A program made the position numbers and the translations under genes. A stretch of DNA of 63,296 nt, filler included, from Desulfonatronovibrionaceae bacterium (GTDB taxonomy: Bacteria; Desulfobacterota; Desulfovibrionia; Desulfovibrionales; Desulfonatronovibrionaceae), in NCBI GenBank assembly GCA_046539845.1. It is 3 parts of 3 records of this genome, joined end to end, with 100 filler letters (N's around TTAATTAATTAA, not from the genome) between each part and the next. Parts side by side here need not be neighbours in the genome. Positions count along the whole stretch, not along the records: positions 1 to 24,820 come from JBKHGE010000034.1; positions 24,921 to 48,645 come from JBKHGE010000035.1; 1 more part is not named here. One strand, written 5' to 3'. The notes under the pieces are model-generated. The model did not search any database and was not told the origin of the DNA. It saw nothing but the letters and a program-made list of their open reading frames with translations. Positions 19,724-28,652 of this stretch are shown here, piece after piece (within the stretch, counting starts at the first letter, position 1; the number at the start of each line of letters is the position of its first letter).

Positions 19724-20775
19724 TGATGAGTATATTTGAGGCCCGGCCGTATCTTTTGGCCGGGCTGCTCTTTTTTCTCTCGCTTGTCTCGGTTTATCTG
19801 TCCCTGCTCATTGGCCCGGCCGACATCGCGGCCGGGCAGGTGTACAGGGCCCTTGTCTATGGAGCGGGCCTGGACGGCGGCATCCATCCGGATTCCGGAG
19901 TGTGCCTGGTGGTCAATGATTTGCGCCTGAGCCGCACTGTTTTGGCCTGGCTGGCCGGAGCTGGCCTGGCTGTTTCCGGGACCGTATATCAGGGTATTCT
20001 CAGAAATCCCCTGGCTGATCCCTTTACTCTGGGGGTGTCCAGCGGAGCCGCATTCGGCGCTGTTTTAGCCATTTATCTGGGTTGGGGCACATTCTCCCTG
20101 GCCGGGATAAGCCTGGACCCGATTCCGGCCGCCGCCCTGGCTGGTGCGCTGGCCGCCCTTTTCACTGTAGTGTTCATGGCCCGGGAAAACGGCTATATCC
20201 GCAGGGACACCCTTGTTTTGGCCGGAATAGTCGTGGCCACATTTCTGGGGGCGTTTATCTCCCTTTTGAAATCCCTGGACGAAGAGTCGGTGGCCGGGAT
20301 TGTGTTCTGGATAATGGGCAGCTTTCAGGGCCGCACCTGGGAGCATGTATTCTTGTTTCTGCCCTATTTCCTAGTGGCGGTCGCAGTAATCTTTGCCTTT
20401 TCCCGGCAGCTGGATATCCTCTCCCTGGGAGACACCCAGGCCGGGCAGCTGGGAGTGAATGCTTCCAGGTCCCGCTTGGTGTTTCTGGTCGCCTCCAGTC
20501 TTTTGGCCGGCGCGGCGGTCTCTGTCTCCGGGGTCATTGGATTCGTCGGCCTGGTGGTTCCACATCTGATGCGTATGATAAGCGGGGCCGAGCACAGGCA
20601 GCTGGTCTTGAACTCCGCTCTGGCCGGGGGGGTGCTCCTTTTGTGGTCCGATGTCCTGGCCCGCTCGGTCATGCCTTACGGGGCGGAGCTGCCTGTCGGG
20701 GTGATAACCGCCCTGTTGGGCGGTCCCTTTTTCTGCTATCTGCTTCGGGCTCGTTCTCGCAGGGAGGGTTTGTGA
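19723..20775 (+). CDS. FecCD/BtuC-type ABC permease (cobalt/corrinoid)
   Basis: RNPLADPFTLGVSSGA, GVIGFVGLVVPH, ELPVGVITALLGGPFF. Confidence 0.92.
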   Translation: MMSIFEARPYLLAGLLFFLSLVSVYLSLLIGPADIAAGQVYRALVYGAGLDGGIHPDSGVCLVVNDLRLSRTVLAWLAGAGLAVSGTVYQGILRNPLADPFTLGVSSGAAFGAVLAIYLGWGTFSLAGISLDPIPAAALAGALAALFTVVFMARENGYIRRDTLVLAGIVVATFLGAFISLLKSLDEESVAGIVFWIMGSFQGRTWEHVFLFLPYFLVAVAVIFAFSRQLDILSLGDTQAGQLGVNASRSRLVFLVASSLLAGAAVSVSGVIGFVGLVVPHLMRMISGAEHRQLVLNSALAGGVLLLWSDVLARSVMPYGAELPVGVITALLGGPFFCYLLRARSRREGL

Positions 20776-21590
20776 TAAGCCTGCATAAGGTTGACTGCGG
20801 CTATAAGGGCCGGACGGTCTTAAAAGGAGTGGACCTGAAGATCTATCGCGGGGAAAAGGCAGCCTTGCTCGGTCCCAACGGAAGCGGGAAAACTACACTT
20901 CTGCAGACTGTTTCCGGGTGCCTTGAGCCGCTGGCCGGCAGCCTCTGGATGGGGGGCCGGGAGGTCCCGTTGATGGGATATAAGGAAAGGGCCAGACAGA
21001 TGGCCGGGGTGCCCCAGGATATGCATGTCCCTTTTGATATTCGGGTCATGTCTCTGGTCCTTATGGGCAGGTACCCGTACACAGGGATCCTGGGTGGATA
21101 TTCGGAAGAGGACCGGGACCGGGCCCTGGCCGCCCTAGAGGATACCGGATCGCTTGAGCTTCGCTCCCGCTCCTCGCAGACCCTTTCCGGCGGTGAGCTG
21201 CAGCGGGTGCTCATTTCCCGGGCCTTGGCCCAGGAGCCGGATCTGCTTCTTCTTGACGAGGCGGCCTCCAATCTGGATGTGGCCCGCAAAGCAGAAGTCT
21301 TTGGACTGCTACGCCAGGAGGGAAGTAGAGACCTGAGTGTCTTGGCTGCGGTCCATGATCTGAATCTGGCTGCGCTTTATTTTGATCGTCTTATTTTTTT
21401 GAAGGGAGGCAGAATTGTTCAGGACGGGCCTGTGGACCAGGTGTTCAATTCCCGGGATTTGTCCCGGATCTTTGAGGTTCGAGTCAGCGTGTTTATCCAC
21501 CCTGAAGCCGGTGTTCCCCAAGCTTTTTTTGTTCCTGATCCTTGTTGCGGCCCCGGTGGAATCAGCCGCGGGCGAGGTCTGTGTGACTGA
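20772..21590 (+). CDS. ABC transporter ATPase (BtuD/FecE-like)
   Basis: GTG start overlapping the permease stop; GPNGSGKTT, LSGGELQR, LLLDE, VHDLNLAA. Confidence 0.92.
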   Translation: MISLHKVDCGYKGRTVLKGVDLKIYRGEKAALLGPNGSGKTTLLQTVSGCLEPLAGSLWMGGREVPLMGYKERARQMAGVPQDMHVPFDIRVMSLVLMGRYPYTGILGGYSEEDRDRALAALEDTGSLELRSRSSQTLSGGELQRVLISRALAQEPDLLLLDEAASNLDVARKAEVFGLLRQEGSRDLSVLAAVHDLNLAALYFDRLIFLKGGRIVQDGPVDQVFNSRDLSRIFEVRVSVFIHPEAGVPQAFFVPDPCCGPGGISRGRGLCD

Positions 21591-22401
21591 TGACATGGAC
21601 ACCCGGGTATGTGTGGATAAAGCAGCGGACAGGGTCATTGCCCTGTACGGCGCCCTAAATGAAATCGTGATCTCACTCGGGCTGGGGGAAGTACTAGTGG
21701 CCCGAACCGCCCAGGACGCGGATTTGCCCGGTCTGGATGACAAGCCGTGCATCGGAACCCATATGCGACCGGGGGTGGAAAAGATCCTGGAACTCGATCC
21801 GGATCTGGTTTTGCAGATGGGCTCCAGATCCCGGGCGAAGATGAGCGTGGAAAGTCTGAAGCGTTTCGGATTGGATGTGGCCTTTTTCCGGGTCGAGGAC
21901 TTCCAGGACCTGTTTTCCGTGATTCGGAGGGTGGGCAAACTGCTCGGAGTTGAAGCCCGAGCCGCGGACTTGGTCAATGATATGCGGGAAAGGCTTTGGG
22001 CGGTACAGGAGGAAGTCAGGGGCCGTATCCGACCCGAGGTCTTCTTTGAGGTCAGATATCCAAATCTTTTGGCCGCCGGTCGCGGGAATATGGTTTCGGA
22101 TATTATCCGCAGGGCCGGAGGGAAAAATTGTGTACGTGCAAAGCGCAAGCTCGTGCGCCTGAATGAGGAGGAGCTGGTGCGCATGGACCCTGGAGTCTAT
22201 CTGGTCCAGAAGGGGCCCATGAATCCGGACCCGGTGCCGGTCGCTTCCAGGCCGCATTTCAAGACCCTGCCTGCGGTCAGGAAAAACCAGGTCTACGTGG
22301 TGGAGGAGATGCTCTTTTCCCGCCCTGGGCCGCGCAGCGTGGATGCAGTGGAAGAACTGGCCACAATCCTGCATCCCGGGGTTGGTTTGGATACGGATTG
22401 A
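21415..22401 (+). CDS. BtuF-like ABC substrate-binding protein (start uncertain)
   Basis: Hydrophobic signal segment, then VTDDMDTRV..ADRVIAL, IGTHMRPGVEKILELDPDLV, SRPGPRSVDAVEELA. Confidence 0.88.
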   Translation: MFRTGLWTRCSIPGICPGSLRFESACLSTLKPVFPKLFLFLILVAAPVESAAGEVCVTDDMDTRVCVDKAADRVIALYGALNEIVISLGLGEVLVARTAQDADLPGLDDKPCIGTHMRPGVEKILELDPDLVLQMGSRSRAKMSVESLKRFGLDVAFFRVEDFQDLFSVIRRVGKLLGVEARAADLVNDMRERLWAVQEEVRGRIRPEVFFEVRYPNLLAAGRGNMVSDIIRRAGGKNCVRAKRKLVRLNEEELVRMDPGVYLVQKGPMNPDPVPVASRPHFKTLPAVRKNQVYVVEEMLFSRPGPRSVDAVEELATILHPGVGLDTD

Positions 22402-22627
22402 GATCTTTTATTGCCTGTAGGCCGGAGGCAAAAATTTTTTTGTTTTGCCTGCCGCGGACCGGGGCTAATAAGTTTGCACCTTTCTTTATTGACCCCCAAG
22501 GTAACCCAAGACTAGATTAATAAGCGGTAAGCACAGGATTTTTTGCGGGCTGTGCTTGATTTTGTTTTGTGTTCAAGGCATTGTTCACTTACAAAATGGG
22601 TGGAATCAAGCCTGCGGAGGTCTATAT

Positions 22628-24643
22628 ATGCCTGAAACCTCAGTTACTGTCTCCGCTTCCAGTCCGGAAGAAGCCTTGACCGAGGCGGCTTCCCGTCTGC
22701 AATGCCTCGAGGGAGACATCACTCTGATCCCCCTGGAGGGGGATTCTTACCGAGCCGAGCTGACGGACCGGAATGCGCGGGTGCAGGTGGATGTCTCCGC
22801 GGACAAGACCCAAGCCCTTATTTCTGCATACATCCCTGCCCGGGGCAAGGGCAGCCCCCTGTCCGCCGAAGACCTGCTCTCCGCCCTTAAACAGGCTGGA
22901 GTTCGGCTGGAAATCCCGAAAGAGACTGTTTCCGATGTACTTCGCTCCGCAAGCCGGGGTGAGGACGTAAGCGGTGTTGTCCTTGTCCGGGCGATCGCCC
23001 CTTCTCCGGCGGAAGACGCCTCGGTTCAGCCCCTGGGAGACTGGGATTTTCCTGTCTTTCCCGGCGACGAGGTAGGCATATACGTCCCTCCCAGACCGGC
23101 CAGAGACGGAAAGTTGGTCACCGGAGAGGTGGATCCGTCCGGCTCGGCTGAAAAGCCCCGGGACATAACTATCCCTCAGGACGGGGGCTGCCGGCTGGAG
23201 TCGGATTCCTCGCGGATCGTTTCCGAGCGTTACGGCCTGGTCCGCCTGGAAGAGCAGAAGATAAAGGTTGCCCCCCTTATCCGGGTCACGAACAATAAAA
23301 TGGCGGTCAAGGCGGATATATATCCAAGGACAGCCGACGGTCGGTCGGTCACAGCGGAACTGTTCAAGGATGTTTTGCGCAGAATGGAGATCAAGGCCAA
23401 ACTCAGGGAAAACACCCTTATGCGGGCAGTGCAGGAGGCAGAAAAACAGGGTTCTCCGGTGGAAGCGTTCATCTGCCGCAGGCTGGACCCCAAAAATGGC
23501 GAGGACGGGCGGTTTGAGCTGGCGGTAAGGTCCGCCTCGGAAAGCAGTGTTCTGGGAAGAGAAGCCTCGGACGGGAGTATTGATTATCGGGCCCGGGACA
23601 GGATCAGTGCGGTCCAGCCCGGTGACCTGCTGGGCCGATTGATCCCTCCGCAGGCCGGGGTGTCCAGTCAGGACGTATACGGCCACCCGGTGCCGGCCAA
23701 AGATGGCCGTCCCTGTGAGATTCGGGCCGGGGAGAATGTCCGGGTATCTGAGGATGGAAGTGAGTTTTACGCCGATTGCGAAGGCATGGTTGTCTACTCG
23801 GACAATACCCTGAGAGTGACCGAAGTCCTGGAGATTAACGGGGACGTGGATTTGTCCGTGGGCAATATCCTGTTGGAGCGGGGCTCAGTGAACATCACCG
23901 GTTCGGTTCTGGCCGGGCTCAAGGTCGAGGCTCCGGGAAGCGTGGTAGTCGGAAATGTGGTCGAGGATGCGGTCATATCCGCCGGCGGGGATGTCAGCGT
24001 GGGCTATGGGATTGTCATGAGCCACGAAGGACGGGTGGATGCCGGGGGGAATATTTCGGCCATGTATGCCCAGAATGCGGTTTTGAGCGCCGGCGGCGAT
24101 GTGGATATCGCCCATGAGATCAAGAACTGCTCAGTATATGCCGGCGGGAGTGTGAACGCGACCAAAGGGCGAGGCAAGGTCTTTGGTGGGGTGCTGCACT
24201 GTGCTGAAGGTCTCGTGGCCCGGCAGGTCGGCTCCCCACTGGGAGTGGAGACTTTTGTTTATCTGGGGGTGGACAAGGATACCGGGGCCGATTTCAAACG
24301 CAAAAAAGAGATTAAGGAAAACCTGGAGAAGATTTATAACTCCCTTGGGTCCGGGGATGTAAGGGAGATCCTAGATAAGGCGCCGGCGCAGAAGCGTCAG
24401 ATGGTGGCCAAGGTGCTTCGGGCCCGGCTGGAGATGGAAAAGGAACTCAAGCAGATCAAAGAGCGGCTGAAAGAAAAACGCGAAAGCCTTAGCTGCAACG
24501 AAAAAATACGGGTAAAGGCCCTGGAGACCATCCATCCGGATGTAATTATAAGCTGTGTCCAGTCCAGATACAAGGTGACCGAGACTCTTTCTGCGCCGGT
24601 TATTATCTATGATGCCGTGCAAAGAAAACTGGTTTTGGGTTGA
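22628..24643 (+). CDS. FapA/DUF342 family protein
   Basis: GGAGG RBS; IDYRARD, PVPAKDG, INGDVDLSVGNI and the beta-helical AGGDV repeats typical of DUF342. Confidence 0.85.
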   Translation: MPETSVTVSASSPEEALTEAASRLQCLEGDITLIPLEGDSYRAELTDRNARVQVDVSADKTQALISAYIPARGKGSPLSAEDLLSALKQAGVRLEIPKETVSDVLRSASRGEDVSGVVLVRAIAPSPAEDASVQPLGDWDFPVFPGDEVGIYVPPRPARDGKLVTGEVDPSGSAEKPRDITIPQDGGCRLESDSSRIVSERYGLVRLEEQKIKVAPLIRVTNNKMAVKADIYPRTADGRSVTAELFKDVLRRMEIKAKLRENTLMRAVQEAEKQGSPVEAFICRRLDPKNGEDGRFELAVRSASESSVLGREASDGSIDYRARDRISAVQPGDLLGRLIPPQAGVSSQDVYGHPVPAKDGRPCEIRAGENVRVSEDGSEFYADCEGMVVYSDNTLRVTEVLEINGDVDLSVGNILLERGSVNITGSVLAGLKVEAPGSVVVGNVVEDAVISAGGDVSVGYGIVMSHEGRVDAGGNISAMYAQNAVLSAGGDVDIAHEIKNCSVYAGGSVNATKGRGKVFGGVLHCAEGLVARQVGSPLGVETFVYLGVDKDTGADFKRKKEIKENLEKIYNSLGSGDVREILDKAPAQKRQMVAKVLRARLEMEKELKQIKERLKEKRESLSCNEKIRVKALETIHPDVIISCVQSRYKVTETLSAPVIIYDAVQRKLVLG

Positions 24644-24674
24644 GCGGAACCGGCCGGGGCGGGTATTGAATGAG

Positions 24675-24764
24675 CTGACAGCTGAAAAAAATCCTTATAT
24701 TGCAGTTTGTTCAAAAAACCCAAGCGAGGCGGAAAACTTCAAGGCTTAAGCGTGTCTATCTGTA
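24675..24764 (+). mobile_element. Truncated degenerate MITE-like repeat (5' part), similar to 36639-36786
   Basis: Collinear blocks AAATCCTTA, TGTTCAAA, CAAG, AAGGCT.AAG.GTG shared with the ccmB-ccmC intergenic copy. Confidence 0.55.
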
Positions 24765-24820
24765 CCCTAGATTAATCGATTTTAGTGCATAAAAAACCCT
24801 CCACATTTGGGCAACATTTT

Positions 24821-24920
24821 NNNNNNNNNNNNNNNNNNNNNNNNNNNNNNNNNNNNNNNNNNNNTTAATTAATTAANNNNNNNNNNNNNNNNNNNNNNNN
24901 NNNNNNNNNNNNNNNNNNNN
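24821..24920. other. Artificial scaffold/contig linker
   Basis: N44-TTAATTAATTAA-N44; the spacer carries stop codons in all six frames. Confidence 0.97.
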
Positions 24921-25182
24921 TCCTGCATTGCCCACCATTTCTAAATCCAGCCTGATTCCGGATTATTCCCGTATAAATACTGCAATTTTGGCCGCTACGG
25001 TTGTGTCTCAAACCGTGAACAGGTAAAGGCCTTGGGTGTATTTAAACCGCAGGGTGAGAGTACGCCGATAAGAGCTAGCAATGTTTGGATCTCGGTCCGG
25101 AAGTGCGTAAAAAGCCGGATGAGAGGACAGTCCAAGGCCAGATATATCGGCAGCCTTAGCCCTTAGCAGACGGTTAAAATCC

Positions 25183-26205
25183 TTGGGGAACAAGATTTTG
25201 CCCAAAGTGTCGGTTATTTTGCCCTGCTACAATTCGGGCCGGTATATACGGGACTGCCTGGAGAGCCTGCGTAGGCAGACTTTTACCGATTTCGAGGTCC
25301 TTGCTGTGGACGATGGCTCCATTGACAATACCGCCGGGATACTGGAGGAGGCCGCCGGAAAGGACGGCAGATTCTTTTTTTTCAGGCGCGAAAAAAGGGG
25401 AGTTGTTTCTGCGGCAAATTACGCCATCCGAAAGTCCCGGGGGGAGTATATAGCCAGGATGGACAGCGACGATATCTGTAGTCCCTTCCGTCTGGAACGC
25501 CAGGTGGACTTCCTGGACTGCAATCCCAAAACCGGTGCGGTCGGATCTCTGGCAGAGTTCGGTGGCGACCCGGAAAAGGGAGCCGGATTTGCGCATTACG
25601 TGCAATGGGCCAATTCAATAGTCTCGGCCGAGGACATAGACAGGGACAGATTCGTGGAGCTGCCGGTACCCAACCCGACCCTGATGTTTAGGGCCTGTGT
25701 GTTCGCTGAACATGGGATGTTCAGGCAGGGTGACTTCCCTGAGGACTATGAGTTTTTCCTCCGTCTTCTGGACCGGGGTGTGCGGGTGGAAAAGATCGCC
25801 CAAAGGCTTCTGGTCTGGAACGACCCGCAGGACAGACTGTCCCGAGTCGATCCCAGATACCACCCCCGGGCCTTTTTCCGGATCAAGAGCCTGTATCTTG
25901 AGCGTTGGTTGCGGCTAAACGCGCCCGGCTACCCGAAGGTGGGAATACTCGGGGCGGGCAAAAGTGTTGAAAAGAAGCTAAGTCCTCTCCTGGACCTGGG
26001 CATCCGACCGGTGTACCATTTTGATGTTTCCAGGAAGCGTCTTTCCGGTTCCGGATCCCGAATCCGGCCGGCCGTGGACTTGCCTCCACCCGGGGAGCTG
26101 TTTATGCTCTCCTATGTGGGTTCCCGCCGGGCGCGGAATAAGTTGCTGGAGTTCATGCGCGGCCGGGGGTATCGCCGCGGCCGGGACTATCTCCTTGTCT
26201 CCTGA
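25183..26205 (+). CDS. GT2 family glycosyltransferase
   Basis: VSVILPCYN, VDDGSID, YIARMDSDD, EDYEFFLR. Confidence 0.9.
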   Translation: MGNKILPKVSVILPCYNSGRYIRDCLESLRRQTFTDFEVLAVDDGSIDNTAGILEEAAGKDGRFFFFRREKRGVVSAANYAIRKSRGEYIARMDSDDICSPFRLERQVDFLDCNPKTGAVGSLAEFGGDPEKGAGFAHYVQWANSIVSAEDIDRDRFVELPVPNPTLMFRACVFAEHGMFRQGDFPEDYEFFLRLLDRGVRVEKIAQRLLVWNDPQDRLSRVDPRYHPRAFFRIKSLYLERWLRLNAPGYPKVGILGAGKSVEKKLSPLLDLGIRPVYHFDVSRKRLSGSGSRIRPAVDLPPPGELFMLSYVGSRRARNKLLEFMRGRGYRRGRDYLLVS

Positions 26206-26347
26206 TCGCTTGCGTTGAAAAACAGGCCAAGGCCCGGGTGGTTGGTATTTTGGGTGCCTCGATGTTTTTGTGGATTTCCTTTGACTGGTATTTTTAAACA
26301 GGCAGACCAAGGAAGAGGCTTGGAAATTAAAGTCAGCCGGAGGCAGC

Positions 26348-26692
26348 ATGCACATAGACAAGTACTCTTTCGGGAGTATGGTGATCGACGGGCAGGCATA
26401 CCACAAGGATTTGAAGATAATCCGCGATCAAGTAAAGCCGGACTGGCTCCGCGGATCCGGACATCGGGTGGATATATCGGATATAACCGATATCCTGGAG
26501 GCGGCCCCGGAGGTGGCGGTCTTTGGTTCCGGCAAGCCGGGTTTGATGAAGGTTTTGCCCCAGACGCGCCGCCGACTGGAGTCAGAGGGCATCCAGGTTG
26601 AGGAGATGCCCACCTCCAAAGCCGTGGACAGGTTCAATCGACTGCAAAAAGAGGGCCGGGAAGTGGCGGCCGGGTTTCACCTCACCTGCTGA
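26348..26692 (+). CDS. Mth938-like (DUF498) protein
   Basis: MHIDKYSFGSMVIDG, VFGSG, PTSKAVDRFN, C-terminal FHLTC. Confidence 0.88.
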   Translation: MHIDKYSFGSMVIDGQAYHKDLKIIRDQVKPDWLRGSGHRVDISDITDILEAAPEVAVFGSGKPGLMKVLPQTRRRLESEGIQVEEMPTSKAVDRFNRLQKEGREVAAGFHLTC

Positions 26693-27792
26693 TTAGTGGC
26701 TCGGGTGTATACCTCAAGGGTGCGGCGCAGGAAGTCTTTTGCCCCCAGACCGTTCAGATGCCGGGATTCCTTTTTTAGTATCTGCCGCCGCTTTTCCGGG
26801 TCCCGGAAACATAGGATGCTTTCGGCCAGGGCGGCGCTGTCGTCGGGGGGGAAAAGCGCCTCAGGGGGCAAAAGATCGGGCATTACCCCCACGGATGTGG
26901 AAATAAGCGGCACCCGGCAGGCCATTATTTCCAGGGCGGCCCGGGCGATGGCCTCGGACCAGCCGGAGTTTATGATTCCCAGGTCCAGGGCGCTTATGTA
27001 CTCGGCCGGGCGGTTCACCCGGCCGGTTATGCGGCAGATACCCCGGATATTTTCTTCCTCGATCCATCCCCGGACAGTGTCTTCGCTTATGGCCGAGGAA
27101 AATCCGATCAAAAGGAGTCTTAGCTCCTGCAGGCCGTGGTGGTGATACAGTCGGGCCACGGTGCGGATGAGCTCTCTTTGCCCCTTGACCGTGTCCAACC
27201 GGCCCACTAGGCCTAATACGAAATCGCTTGCCGTGAATCCGAATTTATCCCGGACCCTGGCCCGGCCCTGGCTGGAGGGGAAAAAGGACTGCCGGTCCAC
27301 CCCGCCCGGGATTAGGTGCAGTTTTTCCGAGTCAAGAGCGAACCGAAGAGCAAAATGGTTGCGCATCCGGGAGTTGGTGGTGATCACCGCCTGGCAGAGC
27401 CGTTTGTGTAGGAAGCGGTTGACGGCATTGCTCTTGGGCAGGCGCTGGTCCCCGCGGGTCCGGATCAGGGCGAAAGGGCGGCTGGTTGTCCGCACCAGCG
27501 GCCAGAGGAAGAAGGATTCTCCGCGGTGGCAGTTGACCACATCCGGCTGAAAAGCGTGCACAATTTTTCTCATTTGGAAAAACAGGGCCAGGATATTCAG
27601 GGGATTTTTTGTGTTTAGAGGCAGGCCGCGTACCTGAAGGCCCCATTTTTGGGCCTGTTGAAACGGGGCTGTCCCCGGGAGGGCCAGGATAAGCACCGGG
27701 TGTCCGTTTTCCTGTAGCAGTTTTCCCAAAAACAGGGCGTACCAAGCGGTGGCGTTGAACCACCTGACGTTTATGACCTGAATGGAACGCAT
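26677..27792 (-). CDS. GT4 family glycosyltransferase
   Basis: VGRLDTVKGQ, SEAIARAALEIMAC, STSVGVMPD. Confidence 0.88.
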   Translation of the reverse strand: MRSIQVINVRWFNATAWYALFLGKLLQENGHPVLILALPGTAPFQQAQKWGLQVRGLPLNTKNPLNILALFFQMRKIVHAFQPDVVNCHRGESFFLWPLVRTTSRPFALIRTRGDQRLPKSNAVNRFLHKRLCQAVITTNSRMRNHFALRFALDSEKLHLIPGGVDRQSFFPSSQGRARVRDKFGFTASDFVLGLVGRLDTVKGQRELIRTVARLYHHHGLQELRLLLIGFSSAISEDTVRGWIEEENIRGICRITGRVNRPAEYISALDLGIINSGWSEAIARAALEIMACRVPLISTSVGVMPDLLPPEALFPPDDSAALAESILCFRDPEKRRQILKKESRHLNGLGAKDFLRRTLEVYTRATNQQVR

Positions 27793-27794
27793 AT

Positions 27795-28637
27795 ATGCTT
27801 GTGTCGGTAGTAATTCCGGTATTTAATCGGGCTTGGTGTCTTGCCCGGGCGATTGATTCGGTTTTGGCCCAGACCATACCCGGATTCGAACTCCTGATAG
27901 TGGATGATGGTTCCACTGATTCCAGTCCAGGGATCGTGCATAAATATAATGATAAGCGGATAAGATATTTTTATCAACAGCACAAAGGGGTGTCCGCGGC
28001 CCGGAATTTGGGGATCAGGAAGAGCAGAGGGGATTTGATCGCTCTGCTGGATTCGGATGACTGCTGGTTCCCGGACAAGCTGGCCTGTCAATTGGAATTC
28101 ATGCATGCCGGAAACTGGAAGATTTCCCAGACCGAAGAGAGATGGATCCGCTGCGGCCGACGGGTAAATCCGAGAATGAAACACGCCAAGCCGGCCGGGT
28201 GGATATTTGAGCCTTCGCTTGAACTCTGTCTGGTCAGTCCCTCCTGTTCCATGTTCACCCGGACCCTGATCGAGGATATCGGTTTGTTCCGGGAGGATCT
28301 TTCGGCCTGTGAGGACTATGAGCTCTGGCTCCGGGTCGCCCTCAGGTATCCGGTGGGGCTTTTGCCCCAAGAGCTCTGCGTGCGTACTGGTGGGCACAGC
28401 GATCAGCTGTCCTCAAGGGTGATCGGCATGGATTTGTATCGCATCTACGGGCTCATGGGGATCCTGGAAAAAGGGCTTGCATCCCGGGAGAAAAAATTGG
28501 TTTTGGGCGCCTTGGGACGCAAGACAGATGTCTATGCCTCCGGGTGCCTCAAGAGGGACAAGCCGGAGGAGGCGCAGCGGGTGAAGGCCATGGTAGAAAA
28601 GGCGGTGCAGGATCAAGGCGGCTTCTTTTCGCTTTAG
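27795..28637 (+). CDS. GT2 family glycosyltransferase
   Basis: VSVVIPVFNR, VDDGSTD, GVSAARNLG, ALLDSDD, CEDYELWLR. Confidence 0.92.
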   Translation: MLVSVVIPVFNRAWCLARAIDSVLAQTIPGFELLIVDDGSTDSSPGIVHKYNDKRIRYFYQQHKGVSAARNLGIRKSRGDLIALLDSDDCWFPDKLACQLEFMHAGNWKISQTEERWIRCGRRVNPRMKHAKPAGWIFEPSLELCLVSPSCSMFTRTLIEDIGLFREDLSACEDYELWLRVALRYPVGLLPQELCVRTGGHSDQLSSRVIGMDLYRIYGLMGILEKGLASREKKLVLGALGRKTDVYASGCLKRDKPEEAQRVKAMVEKAVQDQGGFFSL

Positions 28638-28652
28638 ACTGCAAAAACTGGT

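Noticed and set aside
20082..20771. Apparent 230-aa extension of the ABC ATPase
   Set aside because: Out-of-frame overlap with the permease; the real start is GTG 20772.
22640..23686. Long antisense ORFs (also 2788-3651, 29819-30691, 31680-32540, 50337-51233, 58135-58992)
   Set aside because: Typical shadow ORFs of GC-rich coding strands, with no recognisable motifs.
24865..24876. Identical TTAATTAATTAA palindromes here and at 48690-48701
   Set aside because: Embedded in N runs; an artificial six-frame stop linker, not biology.
25119..25139. GAGGACAGTCC resembling the RNase P RNA GAGGAAAGTCC motif
   Set aside because: The other conserved RNase P elements are absent and the region is too short.
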